From positions 10,561,231 through 10,625,230 of the forward strand of contig MU054187.1 in NCBI GenBank assembly GCA_013239625.1: 64,000 bases of DNA, in the 5' to 3' direction. Position 1 is the first letter of the stretch. Every line of letters begins with the position of its first letter. The notes under the pieces were generated by a model. The model was not told the origin of the DNA and did not search any database. It saw nothing but the letters and a program-made list of their open reading frames with translations. Source of the DNA: Lama guanicoe. Its lineage: Eukaryota. Of the stretch, positions 26,601-39,941 are shown piece after piece. The translations under genes were made by a program, and so were the position numbers.

Positions 26601-27329
26601 TTGCAGGTAAGGCTGTCTTAGAGGAGATGGTATAGGGCATCAAGGAAAAAGGGTTCTGGGTTAAGTAGGTCCTAAGATTATTTACTTGCTAAAATGGAAT
26701 GTTATATTTGGCCTTCAGCTTCCTGTTGGCCAAAATGAAAAGGGAAATACAGCCTATTACATATTTATCAGCATCCTCATGATAAGTACATGTTTCCTAA
26801 AAGAAGCAAAGCTTTTCTTGGACTGAGTTCTAAAAGGAATATCTCACACTGGATTTCAAAGAGGCAACACCAGGAAATGTCAGAGCAGCGCCCTTGCACG
26901 TATCCCTGTAAAAGAAGCAGCCGCTTGTTTTGTGTGGAAGATATTTTTAATACACTTTTTAATGAAAGCGCATAGGTCAAAAACTCAATTTCACAAGAGC
27001 AGATTTGTTGCAGGATGGGACAGGAAGAATAGGGAAATATTTACTAAATATTTACTAAATTGTACGTAGGCAATAGTTGCTTGAGGAAGATTGTCCTCTT
27101 CCACTTACAAACTACTTGGAAAGAAAGGTCAAAATACAGGAAGTAATTATAATATTGGCTACTTAACCTACAAAGAGATGCCACCATGAACGACTGAATG
27201 TGCTGGCACCCAAACCCTGCTCTATATGGCGGTCCTCCCTGTGGTTATGTGCACACAACGGTTTATATAGCAATCTGCTCCAGGTATCAGGCATTGCATG
27301 CTGTATTGTAGAGTTCACCTGTGTTGTAT

Positions 27330-27470
27330 AATCTTATCAACACAGTGGTGTAAGACACATTATCCATTTCATTGATAAAATGACTGAAGCTCAGAGTGGT
27401 CAGGTAACTTACCCAAAGGCACACAGCTGGGAACAGCAGAGGAATTTGACCCTTGCTCCCTTTTATTCTA
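27330..27470 (-). mobile_element. MIR SINE
   Basis: attatccatttcattgataaaatgactgaagctcagagtggtcaggtaacttacccaaaggcacacagct. Confidence 0.75.
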
Positions 27471-29589
27471 AAACCGGTTGCTGTTTGTTTACCTGTAGTT
27501 GACACTGTGCTGCACAGGTTGTGTGCTAACCGGTTGGGTTCTGGCTGCAGGAGCAATTGCATTTCAGTAAAGGAGAAGTCGTTGTGGATTAAACAGTCAG
27601 CAGATGCTAGCTGCTGTAAATTGGAAACCTTTGTCAGAGTGAAGAGGAGGCGAGATGGCACTCAAGTAAAAAGAGATATCAGAAGTGAAGGAAATGAGAA
27701 CTGAGAACTTAGAAATGAGACTGACCTTACTGAGGCCCTGGACCACCTGGACTAGAAAGGAGAATTTGAGTTGGATGCAATTAAAGAAGAAACCTGACAA
27801 AATCTGTTTTTGTTTTTTCAGTGATGTTTTGGAGTGACATCATAAACAAATCATGAGCTTTGTTTGTTAAAAGTCCAGGTTGATGATGACTTGGACTCAT
27901 GTGGAAGCACTGGGGGTGGAGAGAGAAAGATTGGTTCAAGCTGTTTGCAGGAGGAAAATATGTACGAATTTATGGTGAGCTGGTTATGGGGCTACAGCAG
28001 TGAAAAAGGTGTTACCTATTGGTCATGATTTGCAATAAACTGAGGTGCTTATAATGTGGGCGATGACAAGCTTGCAGTCCAGGGCTTTTCCCCCAGTGTT
28101 GGGGGTTCTCAAACATCATCCCAGCGAGAGAGAAGTGTCTTCTGTTTCCTTGGGAGTAACTGGGAACCTGAGAAGCTTTTAAAGCAGAGGTGGACAGCCT
28201 ACTGGGCAGTGCTGGGAGATGATATAAAGACTGTCACTGAAGTATGAAAAGCTCTCGCACGTACGTTACTGCCGTTTGAGCCTTGAAGTAACCGTGTGTA
28301 CGGAGAATTCTCACCATCGCTCTTCTTTCTCAAGGGGATTAAGAATTTGCTTTAAGTCACGTAGCTGGCGAGCAGCAGATGAGCTGTCAGTCCTGTGGAA
28401 TGCTGTCTCACTTATTTGATTTTTAATTTAGAAATAAATAGAAGCTTGTCATCAGCTTGGCCTTAAATGCTTTAAAAGCTATCCTTTCCTCATCCCTTCT
28501 TGACCATAAACCTATTTAGAATAATTGGCTCTCTTTCTCAGTAAATAGAGAAACAAGGTTAGCCAGAGAATATTTCAAGAATCTTTTCTATTTGAACAAA
28601 ATGTTGATACGCAGGATAATAGCGTGTCATGTAGGGTCAGCTCCGTCTGGGTATCAAACTCATGTTGACAGAAGTTATTGCATTTGTGAATATATAATTT
28701 TAATATTTACTTTAAAACTACTGTTAGCAACACATTTTTCTTCCAGATGAAGGCTTCAAACACCTCTCTTCCTATAAAATAAAATGTATCCATAGAAACT
28801 AAAATCTCAAGGAGGCGGGCTTTCCTTTATTTTGACTCTCAAAGTTTTTGGTTTTAAAAATAGAAGCCAGTTGATGTCTGGTTTCTAGTCAGGCTGCTGG
28901 CGTCACATTTGAGTTTTTGGCCAGTCGTGCAGGCCACAGATGTTTTTCAGCCCATGTGTCAGTGGAGTTCAGACCTTACTGGGGACCTGAATGAACCCTG
29001 CGCTGGCGTTTCATCTCCGTGGGGCAGGAAGTGTGGGCAGTGCAGACATAAAACTATGCCCCGTTGGGAGGAACACACTCACGCTCTGTCATCCGGAGAA
29101 CTTTTTAAAAATTCTAGATTCATCCTTCTGTTTTGAAATAATTTCTTAATTGGGCTTATTTCTGGCACTGGGGATACTTCCTCCATAGAAATATTTAATG
29201 AGCTTGCAAGAGAGAGTTCCTGTTATTACATGTAGGAATCTAAGTCTTACTGTGAATATTCCAAGTACCCTGAGTCAGTAATGCCACACCATCCCCACAC
29301 TAATGTATGGATTGAGAAAACTGTGGGTAAAATCTCTCCCCATGTCCCCTTCCCTGATACAAAATTTTTATAACTTCCTGCCAATGGGGTTTTACACGTC
29401 CTTGAACTGGGAGACCGTCTGCAGAATAACAGCTCCTTTTGTATTATTTTTGACTTTTAGTCACATGACTGTAATTGAATGTAATGTGTTGTCATGCTCA
29501 ATAATAATTCATGAATTAACTATCGATGCAATAAAAACCTGAAGTTCCTTTTCCAAGAAGTACTTATTCCTGTCAATACACAGATGTCT

Positions 29590-30924
29590 TAATGTCTGTA
29601 TTTAAAAATAAATATTTCCCTTGGCCCCCACAGTCCTCTCTACCTGCTGTTCCATTTCTTTGATCTCTGTCCTGAGGAGAGCTACCTCCACCTGCTGTCC
29701 GTACTTCTGTCCGTAACTGCTCTCTCACTCACCTTTCATTCTCCACATGCTCAAGTGGAGCTCTGGTCCCTCTACGTAATGGAACTGGCTCTCTCTAAGG
29801 TCACTGGTGGCCAAAGCTCATTCACTGTCGTTCTTACAGTCCTTGCTTTAGTAGCATCTGCTGCAGTTGACCTGGTAGCTCTCTTAAGCAGTCTTCGCTG
29901 GCACTGCCTGTCCTGGTTTTGTCTTTTCTTTGTGGCTCATTCACAGTCTCCTATGCTCGTTCCGCCTCTTCCCTCCAGCCCCTCATGTGGCAAAGTCTCC
30001 CAGCGCAGGATTTGGTCTCCTTTTCTGTCTCCGCTTGCGAACCCCTGGGGATCTCATTCAGTCTCTTGGCCCATTTGACCTTTCCATTTGGGTCTCATCG
30101 TATCTCGGATGTCACAGGTCCAGAATCAGCTCCTGATGCCACCACTCCACCGTCTGTTGCACCTGCTTTGCTCTCTTGCACAGTCAGGCTCATCCTCCCC
30201 ATTGCTCTGTCTAAACACCTTGAATGCATTTGTCACGCCGCTGTCTCTCACAGCATTCTCTCGGCTCTGCCTTCGAAGTATGCAGCCTTTTCTCATTGCC
30301 TCTGTTACTGGCAGCCTAGGGTGAGCCCCTGGCGTCAGTCCTGTGAGTGGTCTTCCGGCTTCCACCCTTGCCCACATGCAGTCTGTGCTGAATGTCTGTG
30401 AATCTCAGTCACAGGAAAAGCTAAGTCCTCCCACTGGGCTCCGAGGTCCTCATGATCTGTCCCATCCTCCCCCTGCCCTCCCCGTCACTCTCTGCCCTGG
30501 TCACACTGATCTTCTTGACGTTCGTTGAACACACCATCCTTGTGGCTTTGCAGTGATGCCCTCTCCTCCAGGAAGGCTTCTCTTCCAGGCATCCTTATTC
30601 CCGACTCTCCCTTCCTTTGAGATTTTGCTTAAACATCAGCTTCTCAGTGATGCCTGCCCTGACCACCCGATTACAACTGGCAGTTCATTCTTCCCTGCCC
30701 TCTGAAACTCCCAATCCTTTTACCCCGTCCCCTTGTGTTCACAATTGCATTTATCATCTTCTAACAGTATATAACTGACTTACAGTGTTTATTGTTTGCC
30801 TCTTTCCTCATTACAATATAACCCCCCGGAAGGCAGGAATCTTTGTTCATTCACTGTTTCCCAGCATGCCCAGAACAGCGCCTGGTTCAGAGAGCCATCG
30901 CTATATAATTGCTGAGTGAATGAA
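29590..30924 (+). mobile_element. L2 (L2a-like) LINE, 3' portion
   Basis: Long pyrimidine-rich L2 body ending gaaggcaggaatctttgttcattcactg...gcctggttcagagag...ttgctgagtgaatgaa. Confidence 0.8.
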
Positions 30925-31230
30925 CGAAGCTGGTCATAAGCCCGGGCTATGCTTTTTCCACAATAGCTATAAAGCATGGCCCATCCCACCTCATTCCTAG
31001 CCCACGCCTTGTATTCTTTATTGCAAAATTGCAGTTTTTATTTATAGAAAAGAGCTTTTGTCTTTCTTTATGAGCTTCTGCAAAGTAGATTAGTGAGATC
31101 AGCGTTTCATTCGAGGCTGCTAACAAGGATACCAGGTCCACATTTCAAGGGCCGTTTACAACTGAATGATGCGATCAGTGTTCTCCAGCACCCGCCGCCG
31201 TCAGTACAAGAACTGCCTTCCTCATTGTAG

Positions 31231-31407
31231 GTTTGGGTTGCAGAGAGAGCTCAGAGTTCAGCAGCAGAGCACGCTGTCTGCCAGCACATTTCTCATCTTC
31301 AGAATGTCTCCAGCCCATTTCCAGCACCCATGGCTGTGGATCAGGCTTCAGGTGGCTGTACAGACCATGGCAAGTATAGGCCATGGATTTGGATTGCAAA
31401 GTTTTAA
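31231..31407 (+). other. PREX2: Candidate alternative terminal exon, homologous to the human PREX2b-specific exon (58 codons plus TAA)
   Basis: ccttcctcattgtag|GTT acceptor in phase 0 with exon 24000-24161; encodes VWVAERAQSSAAEHAVCQHISHLQNVSSPFPAPMAVD..., which aligns without gaps to my recollection of the human PREX2b tail; use of the exon is unproven. Confidence 0.55.
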
Positions 31408-32047
31408 GAAGTGGAGTGGCTCTCCGGGGACGTTGTGTAAAACCCTTGGGTAAAGCTTTAGTCTCAGTGGCACAGAAGCAGAATCTGCTCAGATCTCCTG
31501 GCTGACCCTGACCCAAGGCTCAGCAGTGATTAGTCAGAACAGAGAGAAGTCCAGTTGATTCTGCCCATTGTCCTGGGGTTCGGAGCCAGCACCCCCGTGC
31601 CTTGCTGTCTAACCTGCTCACAGACTCAGATTTGGCTTGGCCTTCTGACAAGTGTTTGGAATAATTCATCTTCTTCTACCCTTGACCTGACAGCTACCCT
31701 CTTCTGCCCTCTTCTCTCACTTTAAGTACTACTTTGGAGTACTTGGTGTCCTAGGATGCCAATTTGGTTTCTCCATGAGACTCTCAGCTGCTAGGAGTCT
31801 ATGGATTTGCATCCTAGTAAGTGGTATTGATCACTTGAATTCATGTCTTTTAGCACTGAACTTGCGATCAGAGTTTCAAGGGAACCCTACGCATTGACTG
31901 CCTCTATTGCTTTGCTCTTTTAGGAATATGTGGGTTTTAATACAATGATTTAATTTCTAACAGCTTGTAATTGATTTTACTTGTTCCAGCTGACATGATT
32001 CAATTCTCTTTTGATTTTGTTATGGATGACAGGAGTGAAATGTTTGA

Positions 32048-32329
<282 letters not shown>

Positions 32330-32461
32330 TAAACTTTATCAATTTATGACAAGGAGCTTTGGCAATCATGACTCTTTCTGCATCCCTGAAGTTAGGTAGA
32401 TTCCTGGAGTATAAGTGAGTGTGAATTTTTATAAAGAAAGGATTTCTCACTCTAATAATTT

Positions 32462-32595
32462 TTTTGGAGGGAGTGGGAGGTAATTAGGTTTCTTTATTTT
32501 ATTTTTATTTATTTCTCAGTGAAGGTGCTAGGGTTGGAGTCTGGACCTCATGCATGCTAAGCATGTGCTCTACCACTGAGCTATACCCTCCCCCA
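32462..32595 (-). mobile_element. Camelid tRNA-derived SINE (Vic-1 type), copy 3
   Basis: Reverse complement GGGGAGGGTATAGCTCAGTGGTAGAGCACATGCTTAGCATGCATGAGG; TSD actctaat(a/c)attt at 32449-32461 and 32596-32608. Confidence 0.88.
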
Positions 32596-32934
32596 ACTCT
32601 AATCATTTGGATAATTATGCGTAAGTGTGTGTAGGCTGAAAATGGAGTTATGCATTTTCATAATTTTTCTTCAGAGAAAAATGATTATTTTTGCCTTCTC
32701 TGCATGTATGATGTATGTTACGCAGCTCGTCTAAAATGGCTCTAACTGTGAAAAAAAAATCAGCAGGAGCAGCTTCAAAGGCTGCAGAGTACCGTTCCAC
32801 ACCATCACAATGGGACAGGGGATCAAACTGTAGTCCTGGTTTTTAGTCACAACTCTCCATAAGCCTTAATTCCTGAATTAAATTCAGCATTGGATTGGCA
32901 TTTTATTTTATGTAAGCTTGGACGTCTGAAGTGA

Positions 32935-33210
<276 letters not shown>

Positions 33211-36200
33211 TAAGTATGTTATTTATTGTACTTTCAATTGTGCCTAATGAAATAGCTGCAGAAAAAAATGACTTTTGAACATCCATCATTCTCTCTTTAG
33301 TTTTTGAAAATGTAGGAATTTTTGTTGACCATATGGATCCTCTTCATTCCAACACCTGAAAAATGGTAAAACGTGGCAATTATACAGATCTGTATTTTAA
33401 GGAAGGATTTAATACTAAGAAGTAGAACAACAAAGTCCTGTCTTACGGAAAACACGAATGAAGTCTCAGTGTGCAAAAGTCAAACTGAACAATATGATTG
33501 AAAGCGTATGAGCTGTGTATGGGGATTTCCTTGCATCTTTTACAGACCAGGACACAATCTTTGGTAGATATGCACTCAATAGGTATTTATGAAAAATGTA
33601 AAGTCGAACAAATCTTTACTGTACTTGTTGAATGAGTAAAAGCAAAATCATAAATCATACATCCCGTGGACCCACGACTGATACTTTTTTCCTCTTCTGA
33701 TTGAATTAATGGTTTATTAAGCAATTACCCAAATAGCTGGGCTAGAAATTTGGAAATTTTTACTAAGAACAGAGAAGAGGAGGGAGTCGAATAAAATTTT
33801 TCCAAAGAGGTCAACTCTGGTTCTTATTTAAGAATTTGATGGAGGATTGCCGGGACTCTGTAGTAGGGTTGGCCCCATCAGGGTCAGTGATGGTTCTTCA
33901 CATCCAGTCAAGGCAGCTCTGCAGAGTCAAATCAGTATGAGGCGCGAGGTAGTTCAGTTTCTCATGTATCAGACAGGATGAATCATGCTAACGAATTACA
34001 TGTTTGTGGTGGAAATTATAAAAATGAATACCTAACCCAATCAGCCTAGGGCCTGACATCATGCTTGCTTATCATTCAAAGGATTGAAATTGTTGAATAC
34101 ATTGTCGTTGGTAGAATCTGAAAATGGTTTAAACACCATTTTCCTCTTTTTACTGTACTCTCTTCACGAAGTTGCAGATTTAGTTTGCTGTCAAATGTGT
34201 ATTATTTAGTTCACACACATCATCCCTACTTCCATGGATAATTCAGTTTTGACATGAAATAGACTTATTCTAAGCCTTTGTTATCATTAGACATCATACT
34301 AACAGAATTTTAATTAATGTGATCTCTTACTTTACACATCTTTGATACTTAGCAGTCAGAATCAATGTATTAGATGCATCATAGTTCTAAGGTCATCTTT
34401 AAATACTTACTGTTTAGTATGCTATTTCTTTCTAACATTTTTATGAGTTAATTTAGAATTGAAATTCTGTTCTCCTTTGCCTAATACACTAGTTTTTAAA
34501 AGTTACTAATAACACTTGATATATTGTATTGCGACTGCCCCATTTATAGACTTAACAGTATGAGGTTACTAAGAAAACAGGTGGCTATTTTTAAGCAATG
34601 GTATGATATTTGGAATTGTTTTACAATGACCTTGTGACAGAAAATTTAATACTTTAGGGCATTACATTTTGCTGTATTTATTAATAAATTGATTTTATTG
34701 TATGTTATGTTCTATTACAGAAACTAGTTTCTTTTTTCCCTTGAAGTATCTGGAAAGTTCAGGAGGAAGACTATTAACGAGGCAGTAGGTAGTGCCGTTG
34801 AATCATGCATCCCAGCTCTCAGAGGGGTTTCAGGAGAACATCTGGACCAATCCCAAACTCCCAGTTAAACCAAGAGTTATTATTCCTGTTTCAGATGAGT
34901 CCTCTGTCCGTGGCAGGATTATTGATGAGCCTGAGTGAAACTGCCACAGAAACCAGGTCTCTAATGCGCTGATTGCCCAACGCTGCCTGGCAATTGTCCA
35001 GACTTGGGCTGTCTTTGTTAATTTATCAACTTTTTTTTAAAGTTCAGCTAATGTAGATATATTTTCAAGAAAATGGTTAGCACCAAGAGGCTCCCTTTAC
35101 TTGGTTTCAAATACTTTATATTTGAAGTGCTAGTTTCAGAACAGGGGTTAAGCTATTTTTATTAACCAAACTACTTAAAACGATTACCTATTTTTGCTTA
35201 CGATGTCCCCACCCTGTTGTTCTGAAAGCCTTCACCAGCTGTGCGTGTTTATTAGGAACGTGAACGTGAAATGAGCAAATGATTTGAGAAATTTCCTTGG
35301 TCTTCTCTGTGTGCACCATATAATTTAATTCTAAATATAAGTATGTTTCATATGGTTCAATGTGAAGTATAACCTCTTAAAACCGTGCAGTTGTCCAAGG
35401 GCCTGGATTCCCCATTGCCGCATTCAGAGACGCTGCGGTGCAGCCAAGCTTGACAAATTATTTAAAAAGCTAGTTACCAAACAATTTTCTCACCATGTAG
35501 TAATTATTCTTGGTCCGGCATCAATGCCTCTGCAGAGTGGAGACTCAGATCTCAGATGCGTCGCCAAGTTTTAAGAGAACTGCCTCACGACATCTCATTG
35601 CTAGCCTTTCCGGAAGTCATTCATTTCTGTGAAGGGCCTGGTGGCCAGCTTGTCTTCACATGAAGTCTGGTTCCCTGTCACTTGGGAACACTTCTCCTGG
35701 AATTAAATTTCCTTTAACACATAGGCATTCCACTAAATCCTCCTACCAAACATAGAACCAGAGACAGATTTGCTGTCCAGGAAAGGAGATAAGGTGATGT
35801 TATGGATTTAATCTAGACCCTGTGGTTCCTGTTTCACCTGGGGAAGCTGAATACTTGTGCCCTTTAGTGGGCTATTTCCTGGTTAATGACGCATGGGTAC
35901 TAGACCTGAGTAAAGGGAAAAACAATTCATGGCGAATCCAAGACCTCATACGGGGCTTTAAACTTCAGAGTTTGCATGTTCTCAGAAGGAGGAAATGAAT
36001 AAAGGGTACTGAAGACAGGAAATTTGAGAACAGGCTCTCTTTTGCAGGTGCTAGATGCCCCAGGATTGAGTGATGAACAAAACACATCGTAGGACAGTTA
36101 GCGACGAGGGGGAGTGGTAGGGTTGGTGGTGGAATTAGCTTTGAGGCTTTCCCAAGCGTTTTGCTGGTAAATGTATAAAAAGTGGGTGCAGTTTCGTAAA

Positions 36201-36479
36201 AATTATACTGTATTATAGGGGCTTATGTGCCGGGCATAGTTACGGTATTAAATGCCCTGACTTCTTTCATTCTCACAGTCCTCCTGTGAGTTGGGTTATG
36301 AAAGGCTAGGCTGTGTCACAGACACCTCCAACTTAGTTTGGTCACTCCTACCCTCACAGGGGGATGTGGCCCAGAGAGCTGGGCTGTGTGGGCAACACTA
36401 ATGACCGCTTCTGCCCTCCATGGGTGATATGCAGAGAGCGGGTGTTCTGCTTCGTTTGCAAAGTAAATGTATGTGAGTG

Positions 36480-36640
36480 TGTCTCACCCCGTCTCTAAAA
36501 TGAGGATAATAATAATAGTGGTGATGATGATAGCAGTAATGGTACCTACTTCATAAGGGGGTTTAGAGAGCGAATGAATTACTGGCTGTTAAGTACACAG
36601 CATCGCGACTGGCATAGGAGCTCAACAAATGTTAGTGATG
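36480..36640 (+). mobile_element. MIR SINE 3' half
   Basis: ctctaaaatgaggataataata...tacctacttcataaggg...tggcataggagctcaacaaatgttag. Confidence 0.75.
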
Positions 36641-37499
36641 GTGATGGTGACAATATTTACATCTCCATTTAACAGTAAACACACAGGTAGATGCGATCCA
36701 CCACACCACATACAAAAACTCTGCATTCATCAGTTGCATGAGGCGCAGATTGACCTGGACAGGCAGGCAGCTCAGGATGTTAATTCAGAACCAGTGGACC
36801 TGTAAGCCATTGGAGGGAGCTTAAAACCGTAAATGACCAAAAGTAAAGGAAAATATTTCCATGTGGACAAATATTAAGGTTTATGCTGTATTATTGCTTT
36901 TAAGAATCTGGAAATTTGAAGCAAAAACATGGTGTCAGAAATACTGTTTCACTAGCTTTTTTTTTTTTTTGTCAGCCTAACGATTGTTCCCACAGGGTCA
37001 GTGCAAGCATGACCACAGCTGTTTAAAATGAAAAGCCAATGTGTGAACCCCACTCATGTAACTTTGAAAAAAATGGTTATGCTGAGCCCCATGATTTTTA
37101 ATTTAAAAGATACAGAAAGCACAGAGGAGTCCGTGCAGAATGAGAACGCCTGCATCTCTTTCCTCTTTGTTATGCAGAGTTCATCCGTCTGTGCAGTGTG
37201 CAGCTTGGGTAATTGGAGTTAATCTAATGCTTTAATCTTTCGGGTGGAGGGAGGGAGTAAATACCCAGTCTGTCTTATGAGACATAAAAGTATCTTTCCA
37301 AATAGAAAAACTGTGTTGAAAATAATTCATATCTTTGCAAGACCTTGAGCAATGTCGCACAGCTCCCGGGTTTTCCCAGGTGTGTAAAAACTGTAAGATG
37401 CTGAAATATTCATGTATCATCTCGCCGTGAGAACTGACCTGACTACATTATTTGAAATTGCAGCCCTGGCTTCCTTCCCTTTTTTTTTTCCTCCTTAAC

Positions 37500-37668
37500 A
37501 TGTGTCACCATGTGATATACTATGGAGTTTATTTGTTTATTGTTTGTTTCCACCCAGTAGAATTTAAGCTCCAAGAAAGTGGGGGCTTTTGTTTGTTTTG
37601 TAAACTGCTGCATGCACAGCACCAAAGGCAATGTGTGGTACAGTAAATGTGTTTGATTAGTTAGTGAA
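37500..37668 (+). mobile_element. L2 3' end
   Basis: ttgtttattgtttgtttccacccagtagaatttaagctccaagaaag...tggtacagtaaatg. Confidence 0.7.
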
Positions 37669-38708
37669 ATCACTTAACAAATATTTACACAATGCACTGC
37701 ACTGGATTTGATGTTATGGGGTAAAAATAAGAGATAAAAGACACTTCCGTGGTCTTGAAATCAAACAAACACGACATTGCTGTGGAAGAACGAGTGTCAG
37801 GATACGCGCGTATGTGCTGCTGACTGCAACAGGATGTCAGCGGTATTTGGTAAACGAGAAGGTGGTTGTTGGCTGGAGAAGCCGTGCACAGGCCCTTTTG
37901 TTCAGATGTGGTTTACTTTGTGCTGCAAATTTTATAGTACACTGTTTGATAGTAAAGATGGATCCCATGTTTGTGTAATTCTGAGTTAAACAGTTCTCAG
38001 AAGAACCCTTTTACAGCCAGTCAAGTCTAGAATCGGTGCTACGCAGAGTTGGAATCAAGTTTTATGCCAGTTCAGAGTCTGAACATCTGTGTGTTAGCCG
38101 TGAGCCCCGTGGAAGAGCTTTTCATCTGGGCAGATTCACGATGTTTCATCACGACTGGATTGTGGATGATACAGGGGTAGCCTCTGCCGCCTCCTGTCCT
38201 CACCTAGTGTGTGACTCTATTTAGTGTCTTAGGATCACAGTCCTGCCTGCATGAGTGTGAGAAAGGTGTGACAACATGATGGTCTCCCTGAGAAACCGAG
38301 ACAGCCTGGGGGAAACTCAAGGCAGGGGGTTAAAGGGGCTTTGAATGTCTCAAGATAAGCCAGTGAGGAGATTTAAGCACATTTAGTGTTAGTTTTAATA
38401 TCTGGATGGTGCTTTACAGCTTCCCAAGTATTGTCATGTGGTGGTGACATTGATGACAGTGGCTGGGGAGCAAGAGGATGCCCGTAGTGTACCAGGAATA
38501 CGCCTGCATTTTGTTCTTATGGCAGCTCTGTGGGCCAGCTGTTCTCATTGCCCACCTTTCATGGATGTCAAAGAGAACTGTCATCATTTTGCTAGGGTGA
38601 CACAGCCTGGATTTGAACGCAGCTCTCTCATCGAAATTGTGTGCTGTTCCTATTACTTATCCGGAGAGGAACGAGTGAGCTTTGTATGACTGGCTCTTTA
38701 TGCAATAA

Positions 38709-39032
<324 letters not shown>

Positions 39033-39517
39033 TAATTCACAAGTTCCTTCAACTCATCTCATCACCAAAGTCAAGTGTGATTCTGTGTTTTCCACAAAGG
39101 CCTTGAAATTTTTTTTGACTGTTTTTTTTTTTTTTTTGCTTGTTACTCCCACAAAGTCACTGCTGGCTGTTACCATCCCCAGACAGAGCATAGTGACATG
39201 TCACAGTCTTTCAAATTCTTCCCTTTTATAATCTGAGTAATTTGAAAAAGGCATTTTTCCCTCCAGCTGGGTGGAGCTACTTCCGGAGATTCGTTGTTCT
39301 CTTATGGATTGTATAACACGCATGGCAAATAAGCAAATTGTACCTTTATTAACAGTTTCCTGCAATGTCTGTTTCTGATTACTGGGTGGTAATAGGGGCT
39401 CTTTTTGTCTTGTTTCTCTTCTTTCTTCTTATATTCCACATTGCAAGCAAATTGGACTGATTTCATTTGCTCGCCTCTGACCAGCTCTGTGCCTTTTTCC
39501 TTCCCTTGCCTGCCTTC

Positions 39518-39941
39518 CGTACAGTTTTGGTAAGGCTGTTGTTAACAAAGTACCAGGAACGGGTGGCTTGAATCGAAATTTGTTTACTTATTATCCTGCA
39601 GTTCTTGGGCTGGAGTCCGGAATCCAGGGGTCGGCAGGGTTGGTTCTTTCTGAGGCCCGGGAAGGAAGGCTCTGTCCCAGGTCTCTCTTTTTGGCTCATA
39701 GGTGGCCATCCTTTCCCTCTGTCTCTTCACGTCCTTTTCCCTCTGACCTTGTTTCTGTGTCCAGATTTCCCTTCTTATGAGGATGCCTGCCATGTTGGAT
39801 TCCCACCCCCACTAATGACCTCATTTTAACTTGATCACCTCTGTAAGGACCCTGACTCCAGATCAGGTCCCATCCTGGGAAACTGAGTGTTGGACTTCAA
39901 CATGTGAGTGTGTGTGGGGGGGTGCAGTTCATCCCATGACA
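39518..39941 (-). mobile_element. MaLR solo LTR (MLT1A/B/C-like)
   Basis: ggctgttgttaacaaagtacc...gggtggctt...taatgacctcattttaacttgatcacctctgtaaggacc...ttcatcccatgaca. Confidence 0.85.

Noticed and set aside
27035..27060. aaatatttact tandem duplication, and the gaggacttcgc repeat near 16041-16073
   Set aside because: Ordinary slippage-type micro-duplications with no array structure.
28909..29136. ORF containing VQATDVF, superficially like the recalled start of the PREX2b tail
   Set aside because: Similarity stops after three residues and there is no fitting acceptor. The 31231 candidate aligns much better.
29919..30401. 160-aa ORF and overlapping ORFs
   Set aside because: They lie inside a decayed L2 element, have low-complexity S/P/L composition and show no recognisable domain.
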